In this document: positions 1-10,283 of the stretch, in pieces
How the letters are laid out: every line of letters starts with the position of its first letter
How positions within the stretch are numbered: the first letter of the stretch is position 1
Assembly: GCA_019308745.1 (NCBI GenBank)
Contig: JAFDHO010000003.1
Coordinates: forward strand, 80-64,079
Origin: Deltaproteobacteria bacterium
GTDB taxonomy: Bacteria; Desulfobacterota; DSM-4660; Desulfatiglandales; HGW-15
Length of the DNA stretch: 64,000 nucleotides
Direction: 5' to 3'
Program-made: the position numbers and the translations under genes
The notes under the pieces: model-generated
What the model was told of the DNA's origin: nothing
What the model saw: the letters and a program-made list of their open reading frames with translations, nothing else
Databases searched by the model: none

Positions 1-30
1 GAATCGCTTTTCAAACGGCTAAAATGTTAC
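1..30. mobile_element. Right end of a MITE copy (truncated by the window edge)
   Basis: Positions 1-31 (GAATCGCTTTTCAAACGGCTAAAATGTTACG) are identical to 8502-8532, the right terminal inverted repeat region of the 8.35-8.53 kb element. Confidence 0.8.
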
Positions 31-106
31 GAAAATATGAAGCTCAAAGCAGCACCATAACAAACCCCGGCCCTAGATGGAATAGGGGACAGAGGAGAAA
101 GAGCAG

Positions 107-487
107 ATGTTTGGTATCGGGTTGCCCGAATTGATCCTGATCATGGTTATTGCCCTCATTGTTATCGGCCCTGGTAAATTACCCGAGTTGGCGAGGGCGA
201 TCGGCAAAGGGATGGCGGAGTTCAGGAAGGCTACCGAGGAGATAAAGGAGAGTCTCGACCTGGATGAAGATATCCGGGAGGTCAAGAAGGATCTGGCCGA
301 TTCGATCAGCGGCCTGGAAAGACCTTTGGACATCCCCGAACCGTATCCAGGAGAGGGAGGCGGAGCGCTGGGCGAGGGTTCCGAGGCCATAGGAAGTGGT
401 GGGGAAGAGGAAGGAAAAGAGGAGGACGCACCGGATCACGTGGCCGAAGGTGAGACGGCCGAGGAGAACAAAGGCAATGGTGGATGA
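107..487 (+). CDS. tatB: Twin-arginine translocase subunit TatB (TatA/B family)
   Basis: [34 protein letters not shown] signature and acidic tail; directly upstream of tatC. Confidence 0.88.
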   Translation: MFGIGLPELILIMVIALIVIGPGKLPELARAIGKGMAEFRKATEEIKESLDLDEDIREVKKDLADSISGLERPLDIPEPYPGEGGGALGEGSEAIGSGGEEEGKEEDAPDHVAEGETAEENKGNGG

Positions 488-1238
488 TGAGAGGCAGCCC
501 TTCCTGAGTCACTTGGAGGAATTGAGAAAGAGACTCATCGCATGTGCCGTCGCGGCGGGGGCCGGATTTGTTGTCGCCTACATCTTTTCCGAAAGGCTTT
601 TCCGACTCTTGATCTACCCCCTGAAGTCCCAGATGCCCGAAGGGGACAGGCTGATTTTCACAAGCCTTCCGGAGATGTTCTTGACCTACATCAAGGTGGC
701 CTTTGTCACGGGGATCCTGATGTCTTCCCCCTATATCTTTTACCAGCTATGGATGTTCGTTGCACCGGGCCTCTACCAGAACGAAAAAAAATACGTCATC
801 CCGTTCGTTGTTTCTTCAACGATTCTTTTTGTTGGGGGCGCGATCTTTGGCTACTTTGTGGTGTTTCCCTTCGGGTTTCGTTTCTTTTTGGGGTTTGCCA
901 ACGATTACATTCAGGCCCTTCCCTCTGTAAAGCAGTATTTCTCCTTTTCCATCAAGCTCCTCTTTGCATTCGGAATGGTCTTTGAACTCCCGGTCGTGGT
1001 GTTTTTCTTGACAAAAATAGGCTTGGTGACACCGGAACTGTTGAAGAGGAAGCGAAAGTATGCCATCCTGCTCACCTTTGTGATGGCAGCCATCCTCACG
1101 CCCCCTGACGTGGTTACCCAGTGTATGATGGCAGGCCCCTTGATCGTGCTCTATGAAGTGAGTATCTTCATAGCCAGGATTGCAAGGAGGAGGAAGGCGG
1201 AAGAGGATGAACCTTCGGAAGAGGGCGCTGAAGCATAG
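477..1238 (+). CDS. tatC: Twin-arginine translocase subunit TatC
   Basis: [20 protein letters not shown] and AAILTPPD motifs with six hydrophobic segments. Start moved to ATG 477, overlapping the tatB end. Confidence 0.95.
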   Translation: MVDDERQPFLSHLEELRKRLIACAVAAGAGFVVAYIFSERLFRLLIYPLKSQMPEGDRLIFTSLPEMFLTYIKVAFVTGILMSSPYIFYQLWMFVAPGLYQNEKKYVIPFVVSSTILFVGGAIFGYFVVFPFGFRFFLGFANDYIQALPSVKQYFSFSIKLLFAFGMVFELPVVVFFLTKIGLVTPELLKRKRKYAILLTFVMAAILTPPDVVTQCMMAGPLIVLYEVSIFIARIARRRKAEEDEPSEEGAEA

Positions 1239-1371
1239 GTGATGCCTGCACAGGAACTCAAGCCCAGCAGGGCGGGATCTTCTTGCGACCGGCATTGCGG
1301 CTCGGTCCACTGTGCGCCTCTCGCAAAGGCATCTCAATCTGGGGGGTTGCGACGGAATGGTCGTGGATATA

Positions 1372-3351
1372 TCAGTGCACGATACGAAAGGTCTTTCCTG
1401 AAATGGTCAGGATCAGGGGGTCCTTTACGACCTCTCCATACCGGTCAAAGGCTATCCACCCGGTAACGCCAAAGAAGTCGGCATAGGATGATATGTGCCT
1501 CCGAAGTTCCCTCCTTGTCTTGACAGGGCCGTTATTGTTGATGATCTCCTTCAAGAATCTCATGGTATCGTAACCGGTAGCGGACAATATGCCGGGCTCT
1601 GATTCAAAACTGGCCCTGTATGTGCTGATAAACTGCTCCAGCTCACGGGATGAATCACCGTCCCCGTGGGGGTAAAATCCCACAGGAATGAGGGCTCCCT
1701 GGAGGTAGTCTCCGGCCAGTTCGATCAATTCCGGTGACTGCCATAGACTGGTTCCGAGAAAGCGGACATCAAAGACGTTATGGAAAGGAAACTGGGGGGC
1801 GATGAGGGCCACGGTTTGATAGTTATCCGGGATGAACACTGCATCGAAGTCCACGAGGGGTTCAGGTTCTTCATCGGTAAAGGGTATATCTTCAATCTTC
1901 TCTTCCGCCCTGAGCCATCTGAATTCCTCCAGCATCCTTGAAACAGACTCCGGGCGGGGATAGTAGAGCCCCACCATCTTCTTTATTTCCACTTCGAAAT
2001 CGGTTTGGTCAGGCCTATAGGTCTCCACCGCCCTTATTTCACCCCCAAGCTCTTCCACCTTGTCCCAGAAGAGGTTCATAAAGAACCGTCCGTAAGAATT
2101 ATCCGGGTAAAGAATCGCAAATCTCTTGAGGTTCATCTTCAGGGCCTTGTCCACGATGCTTTCGACTTGCTTTGAGGGTGTCAAGAAGTTGCGGAATACC
2201 ATGGAGCCCTCGGTGGCGATGCCTTGCCTTTGGGTTAGGGTGATAATGGGGACACCCAGTTCCTGAGCCCTCCTGGCAGCCGCCTGGGCAGGCTTGCTTG
2301 CCAAGGGGCCTATGACAGCGACGGCCTTGTCTTGGGAGGCCAGCTCTTCCAAGGCTCGCACGGCGGTGTCCGGGTCACCCGCAGTGTCCTTGATGACCAG
2401 TTCGAGGGGTTGATTGTCGGTTTTCTCTTGAAACAGCCCCATGCCCAACTGAATTCCGTTCAAGACCTCCTGGCCATAGATGGCAAAGGGGCCACTGAGG
2501 GGGAGGAGGCATCCGATCACGCCCGGTCTTACAGAGAGTTCCTCCTCAATGGTCTTGAGCATGTCACGGCCAATGTCCACCCAAAACTGCTCTGAAGAGG
2601 ATCTGACCAGTGCCGCGGCCGCTTCCTTTGCCTCCGGGAGTTCGCCGGATTCGAGGAATTTAAGGGCCATCTGGTAGTATAGGCTGGGGGCGTAAGGTGT
2701 TCCTGAAACAGAAACTTCCATTGATTGGAGGTCTTGTAGAGACGCTGAATGGACCAGGGCAATTATCAGCTCTTGGATCTCTTTCACGTTTACTGTTCCA
2801 TCATCAGGCCCTGTGACGGCCTGCACATACCATTTGAGGGCCCCCGCCTTGTCTCCTTCCACATCGAGACACCGTCCAAGGTAAGAGGACACCTTTCTTC
2901 TCAGGGGGTGAGAAGGGTGCTTTTCCAACCAGAGGGATGCACTGGCCGCAGATTTCTCATAGTCTCCGCTTTGATAGTAGAGGCGGGTGATGTCGGCCTC
3001 CAGGACAGGCGCATCAGGGTGATCAGGAAATTCCCTCACGGCCCTATCAAGAAGGAGTATGGCTCCTTGGAAGTCGCCCAGCTCTTCCTTGGCCTTGGCA
3101 ATACGATAGAGAGCCGTCCTCTCCTTTTCCCCTTCGGGGTAGAGTTCCAGGTACCGATAGTATCCCTCGATCGCCTTTGCGAACTTCCCTTCCCTGAAAT
3201 CTTGTTCTGCGAGGAGAAAGGGGTCGGGTAGGGGAGGCCTCTCTGGAGGTTTTCTCAGGGCTTCCCTGGGGTAACAACCGGACAAAAAAAAGGCTATCCC
3301 CACCAGTAGAGTGAAGATAGCCTTCGTCTTGGGAATATAGGGAAATCTCAC
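1372..3351 (-). CDS. Lipoprotein with TPR repeats and a type I periplasmic-binding fold (LppC/LpoA penicillin-binding-protein activator family)
   Basis: Lipobox FLSGC; TPR-like helices; [22 protein letters not shown]...YG and FDAVFIPD motifs. Confidence 0.8.
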   Translation of the reverse strand: MRFPYIPKTKAIFTLLVGIAFFLSGCYPREALRKPPERPPLPDPFLLAEQDFREGKFAKAIEGYYRYLELYPEGEKERTALYRIAKAKEELGDFQGAILLLDRAVREFPDHPDAPVLEADITRLYYQSGDYEKSAASASLWLEKHPSHPLRRKVSSYLGRCLDVEGDKAGALKWYVQAVTGPDDGTVNVKEIQELIIALVHSASLQDLQSMEVSVSGTPYAPSLYYQMALKFLESGELPEAKEAAAALVRSSSEQFWVDIGRDMLKTIEEELSVRPGVIGCLLPLSGPFAIYGQEVLNGIQLGMGLFQEKTDNQPLELVIKDTAGDPDTAVRALEELASQDKAVAVIGPLASKPAQAAARRAQELGVPIITLTQRQGIATEGSMVFRNFLTPSKQVESIVDKALKMNLKRFAILYPDNSYGRFFMNLFWDKVEELGGEIRAVETYRPDQTDFEVEIKKMVGLYYPRPESVSRMLEEFRWLRAEEKIEDIPFTDEEPEPLVDFDAVFIPDNYQTVALIAPQFPFHNVFDVRFLGTSLWQSPELIELAGDYLQGALIPVGFYPHGDGDSSRELEQFISTYRASFESEPGILSATGYDTMRFLKEIINNNGPVKTRRELRRHISSYADFFGVTGWIAFDRYGEVVKDPLILTISGKTFRIVH

Positions 3352-5261
3352 TTCTTTACTTCCTCGAAATCCGCATCCACCACATCCTCTTCTTTGGATG
3401 AATCACTGCTGCCGCCGGCAGAACCTGAAGCTGCTTGCTCGGCACCGGCCTGTCCACTGGCCTGAGCATACATGGCCTCCGCCAGCTTGTGGGAAGCCTG
3501 CGTTAATTCATCCGAGAGGCGCTTGATCTCTTCGGCATTGTCACCTTCCATGGCCTTTTTCAGGTTTTCTATGGCCCTATTGATATCAGATTTCGTGGAT
3601 TCGTCAAGTTTATCCCCGGCCTCCTTGATGGATTTTTCTGTCTGGTAGATAAATGAATCAGCCATGTTGCGTGCGTCCACCAGCTCTCTCTTCTTCCTGT
3701 CTTCTTCGGCGTGCAGTTCGGCGTCCTTGACGAGCTGCTGGATCTCCGCCTCGGAGAGACCGCTGGAGGCAGTGATCTTTATGGATTGCTCCTTCCCCGT
3801 TCCCAGATCCTTTGCAGAGACGTGAACGATGCCGTTCGCATCAATGTCAAAGGTCACTTCGATCTGTGGCACACCCCTGGGTGCGGGGGGTATCCCCACG
3901 AGTTGGAATCTCCCCAACGTCTTATTGTTGGCGGCCATCTCCCGCTCACCTTGTAGGACATGGATTTCCACGGCTGGTTGATTGTCGGCTGCCGTTGAAA
4001 ATACCTGGCTCTTTTTTGTGGGGATCGTTGTATTCTTTTCAATGAGTTTCGTGAACACGCCACCCAGGGTCTCTATACCGAGAGAGAGGGGCGTCACGTC
4101 CAGGAGAAGCACATCCTTCACCTCGCCCTTCAACACACCTCCCTGGATCGCCGCACCGATCGCAACGACTTCATCGGGGTTGACACCTTTGCTGGGTTCT
4201 CGGCCGAATACTTCTTTGACCTTTTGTTGTACTCTGGGCATGCGAGTCATGCCTCCAACGAGGATGACCTCGTCTATGTCATTAGCTTTCAAACCGGAAT
4301 CCTTGAGTGCTATATTGCAGGGGCCAACAACCCTCTCAACAAGATCGTCCACCAGGGCTTCCAGCTTGGCCCTCGTCAGCTTTATATTGAGGTGTTTCGG
4401 GCCGCTTGCATCCGCCGTGATAAAGGGGAGGTTGATATCGGTCTCCTGGGAGCTGGACAATTCCATCTTGGCCTTTTCAGCGGCCTCCTTCAATCTCTGC
4501 AAGGCCATCTTATCGTTTCGCAAATCAATACCCTGGTCCTTCTTGAATTCATCGGCCAGGTAGTCTACGATCCGTAGATCAAAGTCTTCGCCGCCCAAGT
4601 GTGTATCTCCGTTCGTAGACTTCACCTCAAAGACCCCTTCTCCTATTTCCAGGATGGAGATATCGAATGTTCCGCCACCAAGATCGAATACGGCAATCTT
4701 CTTGTCACCTTTCTTGTCCAGCCCGTAGGCGAGGGATGCGGCTGTGGGCTCGTTGATAATCCTCTCAACATTAAGCCCGGCGATACGACCCGCATCTTTG
4801 GTGGCCTGCCTTTGGCTGTCATTGAAATATGCCGGAACGGTGATCACGGCCTCCGTGACCTTTTCTCCGAGGTAATCCTCTGCGGTCTGCTTCATCTTTT
4901 GCAGGATCATGGCAGATATCTGTGCGGGGCTATAACTCTTTCCTCTAACCTCCACATGGGCATCCCCGTTTGAGGCCTTGACGATCTTATAGGGAAGCAC
5001 CTTGATGTCTTTTTGGACTTCAGGGGAGTCATATTTTCGGCCAATGAGCCTCTTGACGGCGAATATGGTGTTGTCAGGGTTGGTGATGGCCTGGCGTTTG
5101 GCTATCTGACCCACCAGCCTCTCCCCCTTTTCATTGAAGGCAACCATCGAAGGCGTGGTTCTGCTGCCCTCCGCATTGGCAATTACAACAGGATCCCCTC
5201 CCTCCATAACAGCTACACAGGAATTGGTTGTCCCAAGATCAATGCCTATTATTTTGCCCAT
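3348..5261 (-). CDS. dnaK: Chaperone DnaK (Hsp70)
   Basis: [17 protein letters not shown] and DLGGGTFD motifs; C-terminal VVDADFEEV. Confidence 0.99.
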   Translation of the reverse strand: MGKIIGIDLGTTNSCVAVMEGGDPVVIANAEGSRTTPSMVAFNEKGERLVGQIAKRQAITNPDNTIFAVKRLIGRKYDSPEVQKDIKVLPYKIVKASNGDAHVEVRGKSYSPAQISAMILQKMKQTAEDYLGEKVTEAVITVPAYFNDSQRQATKDAGRIAGLNVERIINEPTAASLAYGLDKKGDKKIAVFDLGGGTFDISILEIGEGVFEVKSTNGDTHLGGEDFDLRIVDYLADEFKKDQGIDLRNDKMALQRLKEAAEKAKMELSSSQETDINLPFITADASGPKHLNIKLTRAKLEALVDDLVERVVGPCNIALKDSGLKANDIDEVILVGGMTRMPRVQQKVKEVFGREPSKGVNPDEVVAIGAAIQGGVLKGEVKDVLLLDVTPLSLGIETLGGVFTKLIEKNTTIPTKKSQVFSTAADNQPAVEIHVLQGEREMAANNKTLGRFQLVGIPPAPRGVPQIEVTFDIDANGIVHVSAKDLGTGKEQSIKITASSGLSEAEIQQLVKDAELHAEEDRKKRELVDARNMADSFIYQTEKSIKEAGDKLDESTKSDINRAIENLKKAMEGDNAEEIKRLSDELTQASHKLAEAMYAQASGQAGAEQAASGSAGGSSDSSKEEDVVDADFEEVKK

Positions 5262-5343
5262 TTTCTACCTCCTAAGATCATGTGCTCTATTGTGAGCGGA
5301 AATATTGAGTTGTTCAACTCTCTCTTAGGGCAACAGGCCGCTC

Positions 5344-5988
5344 TCAATCGACCCCTTCCCCCCTATCGCCCTCGCCCGAGGCCCTACCTCTGCTCACCAC
5401 CACCATGGCAGGACGGATCAGCCGCTGGTTAAAGAGATAACCCTTTTGCATCTCTTCCAATACCGTTCCGGGCTCAACCCCATCGTCTTCCCTTTCAGAT
5501 ACAGCGTGGTGATAGTTGGGATCAAAGGGCCTGTTTAGTGCTCCTATCTCTTCCAGCCCCGATTTGACCAGGGTATCCTTCAGCCCCTTCAAGGTAAGCT
5601 CCACTCCTTCCCTGAGCGCACTCAGGGAGTTGTTTGAACGGGCGTGGGAAATGGCCAATTCCAAATTGTCCACCACCGGAAGCAACTCTTTGACCAAGGA
5701 CTCATTGGCGTATTTGGCCAGTTCCGCCCTCTCTTTGCTGTTCCTCTTTTTCAGGTTTTCGATGTCGGCCTGGGAGCGGAGGTAAAGATCATAATTCCTT
5801 TTGGCTTCTTCCTGTATTTCCGCTATCTTTTCCATCAGTTCTGCCTTGGTCATCTTTTCCAGAGGCTTTTCTTTATGGTGTTGAACGTCCTCTTTGTCTC
5901 GGCTTTCTCTGATGTCGGCCCTCGCCATCTCGTCCTTGCTTTTCTCTTCTGCGGCTTTTGATTGCGCCTTGTGATCTCCGTTCACCAT
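5344..5988 (-). CDS. grpE: Nucleotide exchange factor GrpE
   Basis: LRSQADIENLKKR, LLPVVDNLE, FDPNYHHAV and QKGY...RLIRPAMVVV motifs; upstream of dnaK. Confidence 0.97.
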   Translation of the reverse strand: MVNGDHKAQSKAAEEKSKDEMARADIRESRDKEDVQHHKEKPLEKMTKAELMEKIAEIQEEAKRNYDLYLRSQADIENLKKRNSKERAELAKYANESLVKELLPVVDNLELAISHARSNNSLSALREGVELTLKGLKDTLVKSGLEEIGALNRPFDPNYHHAVSEREDDGVEPGTVLEEMQKGYLFNQRLIRPAMVVVSRGRASGEGDRGEGVD

Positions 5989-6072
5989 CGTTTACACCAA
6001 TCTGCTCCTTTTTGTGGATTGGGGACCCGGTAGGGGCAAGTGTGCACTATGAGAAAGATTTGATTATGGGAT

Positions 6073-6101
6073 ACGATAAGCATCGGAAAATGCTTTGTCA
6101 A
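6073..6101 (-). promoter_or_regulatory. Putative sigma70-type promoter of grpE-dnaK with a palindromic spacer
   Basis: Minus strand TTGACA-17 nt-TATCGT; AAGCAT-N6-ATGCTT at 6078-6095 fills the spacer. Confidence 0.5.
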
Positions 6102-6122
6102 GGAGAGCCCAATCAGGTTTTT

Positions 6123-6851
6123 TCAGTTATTTCTGAACTTTTTCCAGGCCTCGATCAGGTCTTCCACGGGGTCGGAAGGCCTTTCCCCTGAAGGAGGCGG
6201 AAGGGGGGAGAGGCTTCTGAGGTTGTGGATATGACGATCAATGATCTCGGCAAGCGAGTAGATAAGGCTGGGTGCATATTCCCGGGTAAGGTCCCGGGTT
6301 TGCCGGTCGTCACGGCCCGTAGGTTTGATAAACAGCCCGTCGGCCCCGGCCTTGAACATTTCAACCGCGTCGTCTATCATGCTCTTTCTGGTATAAAAAA
6401 CGGCGGGTACTCCCGGATAGGACCTCCTGACCCGATGGAGGTTTTCGATGCCGTACCTGCTGTTCTGGCCAACCAGATCACTGGCTCTCCTGAAGATACT
6501 CCTCCAGCCCTCGACAATGGCAAATAGCCTCTTCAGGAATTCATTGTTTCGGTCACCCTCGAAGGCATCAAGGCCCCCGTAAACTTCCCGGAGCGTCTTG
6601 ATACGAGAGGCCTGCTCTTCAAGCTCGACCATCGAAGGAATGGCCGGTTTCTTGACCTCGGGATCCTGCCCCCACAGGTCCAACAAGAACAGGAGGGGTA
6701 TCCTTTCGCCCAGCAACTCCCTGGCCTCCTCGAAGGTATAGGCTTGGAGGAATTCCAGCCCGGGGGACCTGGGGGCGATCTCCTGTCTTACGAGTTCGTG
6801 TTCGAAATCAGAGTCGTCAATGAAACAGATAATCAAGTCCATTTTACTCAT
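6123..6851 (-). CDS. Atypical CheY-like receiver-domain protein with a large internal insertion
   Basis: FIDDS acidic pocket, LLDLWG phosphoacceptor Asp, VFYTRK and GADGLFIKP; about 70 extra residues follow the Asp. Confidence 0.7.
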   Translation of the reverse strand: MSKMDLIICFIDDSDFEHELVRQEIAPRSPGLEFLQAYTFEEARELLGERIPLLFLLDLWGQDPEVKKPAIPSMVELEEQASRIKTLREVYGGLDAFEGDRNNEFLKRLFAIVEGWRSIFRRASDLVGQNSRYGIENLHRVRRSYPGVPAVFYTRKSMIDDAVEMFKAGADGLFIKPTGRDDRQTRDLTREYAPSLIYSLAEIIDRHIHNLRSLSPLPPPSGERPSDPVEDLIEAWKKFRNN

Positions 6852-6905
6852 TGGAAATTGTCTGATAATCGGGATTTGGAACTTGGAATTTCCCGTTCAT
6901 CAGGG

Positions 6906-7817
6906 CTAGGGGCCATCTTCCAGACCATGACCTGTAATTCGCTCCAATGCCTCCAGGTATCTCTCCCGGGTCTTTTGGACGATTTCTTCCGGAAGCCCGG
7001 GTGGAGGCGGCTTCTTTTCCCATCCAAGGGAGCTGAGATAATCCCTCAAGAATTGTTTGTCAAAGCTCTTTTGAGGGCCACCGGGGCAATAAGAGTCCAT
7101 TGGCCAGAACCTGGAACTGTCAGGGGTCATAACTTCATCTATCAAGATGACCCCGTCGTCCACGATACCAAATTCAAACTTCGTATCTGCGATGATAATT
7201 CCCTTCTTCTCGGCATATTCGCTTCCACGCTGATATATCCTCAGGCTCAAGGTCCTGACCTGCTCTGCCATGTCCCCTCCGAGTAACTCGACCGCCTTTT
7301 CAAAGGTGATGTTTTCGTCGTGTATGCCCTCTTCGGCCTTGGTACTGGGCGTAAAGATAGGTTCCGGCAGTTTTTGCGACTCGGCCAGGCCCCCCGGGAG
7401 AGGAATGCCGCATATACTGCCTCGCTCTTGATATTCGAGCCAGCCGGAGCCCGAGATATAGCCTCTCACTATACATTCAACGGGCAAGGGCCTTGCCTTT
7501 TTCACCAGCATGCTCCGCCCCTGGAGCTGGTTCAGGTACGAGGGACAGGGATCTGGGTACTCCGATGGGTCGGAGGACACGACGTGGTTTTCAACGAGTG
7601 ACCGGAGGTGATCAAACCAAAAGAGCGATATCTTGGTCAGGATCTTGCCCTTCTCGGGAATCGGATCATCCATGACGACATCGAAGGCTGAGATCCGGTC
7701 GCTTGCCACGATCAGGAAATGCTCGCCCACATCGTAGATGTCCCTCACCTTTCCCCTCTTGTAGAGCTTCAGATCCGGGAGTTCTGACTTTAGCATAGGC
7801 TCAGAGGTCGTTGGCAT
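6906..7817 (-). CDS. purC: Phosphoribosylaminoimidazolesuccinocarboxamide (SAICAR) synthase
   Basis: [36 protein letters not shown] and SFDKQFLRD motifs. Start set at ATG 7817, after GGAGGAGG. Confidence 0.97.
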   Translation of the reverse strand: MPTTSEPMLKSELPDLKLYKRGKVRDIYDVGEHFLIVASDRISAFDVVMDDPIPEKGKILTKISLFWFDHLRSLVENHVVSSDPSEYPDPCPSYLNQLQGRSMLVKKARPLPVECIVRGYISGSGWLEYQERGSICGIPLPGGLAESQKLPEPIFTPSTKAEEGIHDENITFEKAVELLGGDMAEQVRTLSLRIYQRGSEYAEKKGIIIADTKFEFGIVDDGVILIDEVMTPDSSRFWPMDSYCPGGPQKSFDKQFLRDYLSSLGWEKKPPPPGLPEEIVQKTRERYLEALERITGHGLEDGP

Positions 7818-8019
7818 ATGATTCCTCCTCCAGAAACACCCCCCTTTGCTCCCCGGGGGGGGTAATGATTTCAATGGCGATGGATCTTGCTGGGATTGCT
7901 ATCTTTCATGATTCATGACATAATGTCAAGAACGTCTAATCGTCCAGTACTTCCCCGAAGAGAGGCAAGCTTTGAGTCTCCCGCTCTCAATGTCAATCAC
8001 AAGTCCGGAGGAGGAGTCA

Positions 8020-8322
8020 ATGATTATTTCCGGGGAGAAACTCGAGGTACTGAATGCGATTTCTGATTTCGACAGGAGAATCGAGAAGATGCATCTCGAT
8101 TTCCAGAAGTACCGTTCCGGGGTTGAGAAACGAATGCCGGATTGGGAACGGCTCGAGAGGGACTTGTTGACTTTTTCCCGGAGAAGAATCTATGAAATCG
8201 AGATATCCAACAGGTTGGACAGGGTGCTCTACAAGTTCCAGAACAGGAAGAAGATCTGGCTCTCCTGGGTAGATGAAGTCCACAGGAGGCCGGCAAAGGA
8301 AAAGGCCGAAACCCGCCAGTAG
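8020..8322 (+). CDS. Small helical hypothetical protein, resembling the N-terminal part of MXAN_5187 C-terminal-domain proteins
   Basis: Strong SD (GGAGGAGGAG) before ATG 8020; pattern 'HLDFQKYRSGVEKRMP...FQNRKKIW'. Family resemblance is from memory only. Confidence 0.6.
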   Translation: MIISGEKLEVLNAISDFDRRIEKMHLDFQKYRSGVEKRMPDWERLERDLLTFSRRRIYEIEISNRLDRVLYKFQNRKKIWLSWVDEVHRRPAKEKAETRQ

Positions 8323-8351
8323 GCCTCCCTAATCCCTCCCTTTGTTATTTC

Positions 8352-8531
8352 GTAACACTTTAGCCTTTTGAAATGCCTCCTCAGATAGGGAGAACGGGTG
8401 ATGATGCCTTTTCTGGAGTGACTGGCGGGAGGGCGCCGTCTTTTCGCGACTTGTCAGTGAAAAGGCATCATCACCCCCGTTCGTCCATCACCGAGTTCTC
8501 TGAATCGCTTTTCAAACGGCTAAAATGTTAC
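8352..8531. mobile_element. Palindromic MITE (~180 bp) with IS66-like GTAA ends and an 8-bp target-site duplication
   Basis: TIRs GTAACACTTTAGCCTTTTGAAA / TTTCAAACGGCTAAAATGTTAC (2 mismatches); GTTATTTC flanks both sides (8344-8351, 8532-8539); internal arms GGGTGATGATGCCTTTTC / GAAAAGGCATCATCACCC. Confidence 0.85.
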
Positions 8532-8532
8532 G

Positions 8533-8916
8533 TTATTTCTGATTGGTGTCGTTGTCAGATGGGAGTTCACGCAGAGGTCTGTTAATCCTCTCCCTCAGTT
8601 TAGGCGAACATCGAAATCTGACCACTCTCCTGGACCTGAGGATGATGGTTTCTCCTGTCCTGGGGTTGCGGCCCTTCCGTGCCCACTTGAATCGGATCTG
8701 GAACTTCCCGAAATCAGAAAGGAGCACGGACTCTCCCCTTTCCAGGCTATTCTTGATGATATTCAGGGTCGAATTGAGTAGCCTTTCTGCTCGCTTTCTT
8801 GAGAGGGGTTGATAATTGAAGTCGGGAAACAGGGATGGTTGTATGACATGCTTTTCCTTCCAGAGGCGGGTGTTTTTCATCAAGCTATTGATCAGATCCG
8901 CCTTCGTCAGTGTCAT
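8533..8916 (-). CDS. Integration host factor alpha / HU-family DNA-binding protein with an N-terminal insertion
   Basis: MTLTKADLI start; GESVLLSDFGKF, ARKGRNPRTGE and RRVVRFRCSPKL motifs. Confidence 0.9.
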   Translation of the reverse strand: MTLTKADLINSLMKNTRLWKEKHVIQPSLFPDFNYQPLSRKRAERLLNSTLNIIKNSLERGESVLLSDFGKFQIRFKWARKGRNPRTGETIILRSRRVVRFRCSPKLRERINRPLRELPSDNDTNQK

Positions 8917-9212
8917 ATCAGCCCTCGTTTCGAAATGACCATTAATTTTGATTAGTTATTGGCAAAAGATGCCACATTTGATAATGTTTGTCAACAGAGT
9001 CCACGCGAGAAGTCCTGTGGAGGATGGCATTTAGCTCCTTACGCCGTGATTCATTGACTGAATCAGTCGAACGATTTCGATTAGGTATTGCAATCAACAG
9101 GCGTTTTGAGGGTTCAGAGTTCAGGATTGGCGGCAAAACAACAAGCAACGTGATTCGAAGTTGAAGCAAATTTCAAATATGTTTGGCCAGGTCTTAACAG
9201 CCAAGGGGCCCC

Positions 9213-10223
9213 ATGAGACCCTCCTTTACACCACGGTTAGTCAATGATCCGTTCTCGGACCCCGGGTTATTCATCCCCTTTCTCTTTGAGAGGAGGGCAT
9301 TGCTTTTTGACCTGGGAGACCTTCACGCCTTGTCATCCCGGGATCTCCTGAAGGTTTCCCACGTATTCGTAACCCACACCCACATGGATCACTTCATAGG
9401 GTTCGATCATCTCCTGAGGGTCCTGCTGGGCCGAAAGAAGTCGATTCACATCTTCGGACCCCCTGACTTCTTCCGCAGAGTGGAAGGGAGGCTTTCCGGT
9501 TACACGTGGAACCTGGTCCAGGAGTATCCCTACGAGCTAAAGTTAAGGGTTGCCGAGGTCCATCAGGATCGGATTTTGACAAAGACCTACCTCTGCCGAA
9601 AGGGCTTCCAGCCGGAAAGGGGCCCGGAAGTGGGACCCTTTGGCGGTGTGCTCTTGAAGGAACCTTCTTTTCGGATTGAGGCAGCGCTCCTGGATCATCG
9701 CATTCCGTGCCTGGGGCTTTCCCTCGTGGAGAACTACTGCATCAACATCATTAAGGAAGAGCTCAAGAAGATGAAATTGCCCTTGGGCCCCTGGCTTACA
9801 CGTTTCAAGAGGGCCCTTTACGAGGGGAAGGATCTCGGCAGCGAGTTTCCCGTAACATGGGAAGAAGGCGGCCTGATCAAGAAGGCACGGACCTTTCTCC
9901 TGGGGGAGCTGGCGGAGCGTATCACGAGGACATCGCCTGGACAGAAGATAACCTACATCACGGATGTGATCGGCAGTCCTGACAACAGGGAGAAGATGGT
10001 GGAACTCGCCAAAGAGGCTGACAATCTATTCATCGAGGCGGCCTTTCTGGATAGTGAAAGGGAAATAGCCCTGAAGAAATACCACCTTACCGCCCGGGAA
10101 GCGGGTGAGATCGCCCGAAGGGCCCGGGTCAAGCATTTCACCCCCTTTCATTTTTCCCCGCGATATCAACACATGGCAGAGGAAATAAGAGGAGAGGCAA
10201 CGGGGGCCTTCAGCCACGGCTAA
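9213..10223 (+). CDS. rnz: Ribonuclease Z-like metallo-beta-lactamase-fold protein
   Basis: LLFDLGD, THTHMDH, LDHRIPC, YITD, FIEAAF, HLTA and FHFSPRY motifs. Confidence 0.8.
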   Translation: MRPSFTPRLVNDPFSDPGLFIPFLFERRALLFDLGDLHALSSRDLLKVSHVFVTHTHMDHFIGFDHLLRVLLGRKKSIHIFGPPDFFRRVEGRLSGYTWNLVQEYPYELKLRVAEVHQDRILTKTYLCRKGFQPERGPEVGPFGGVLLKEPSFRIEAALLDHRIPCLGLSLVENYCINIIKEELKKMKLPLGPWLTRFKRALYEGKDLGSEFPVTWEEGGLIKKARTFLLGELAERITRTSPGQKITYITDVIGSPDNREKMVELAKEADNLFIEAAFLDSEREIALKKYHLTAREAGEIARRARVKHFTPFHFSPRYQHMAEEIRGEATGAFSHG

Positions 10224-10283
10224 GGGCTCAGGAGGCCAACATGTTAGCGGGAAGGGATATCGCGGGAGAAGACGGATGAGGGA

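Noticed and set aside
5289-5300. ATTGTGAGCGGA, identical to the left part of the lac operator
   Set aside because: Only 12 nt match, the right half is absent and there is no vector context; most likely chance.
5990-6120. CIRCE or classical sigma32 promoter upstream of grpE
   Set aside because: There is no TTAGCACTC-N9-GAGTGCTAA, and the CTTGA-to-CCCAT spacing is too long.
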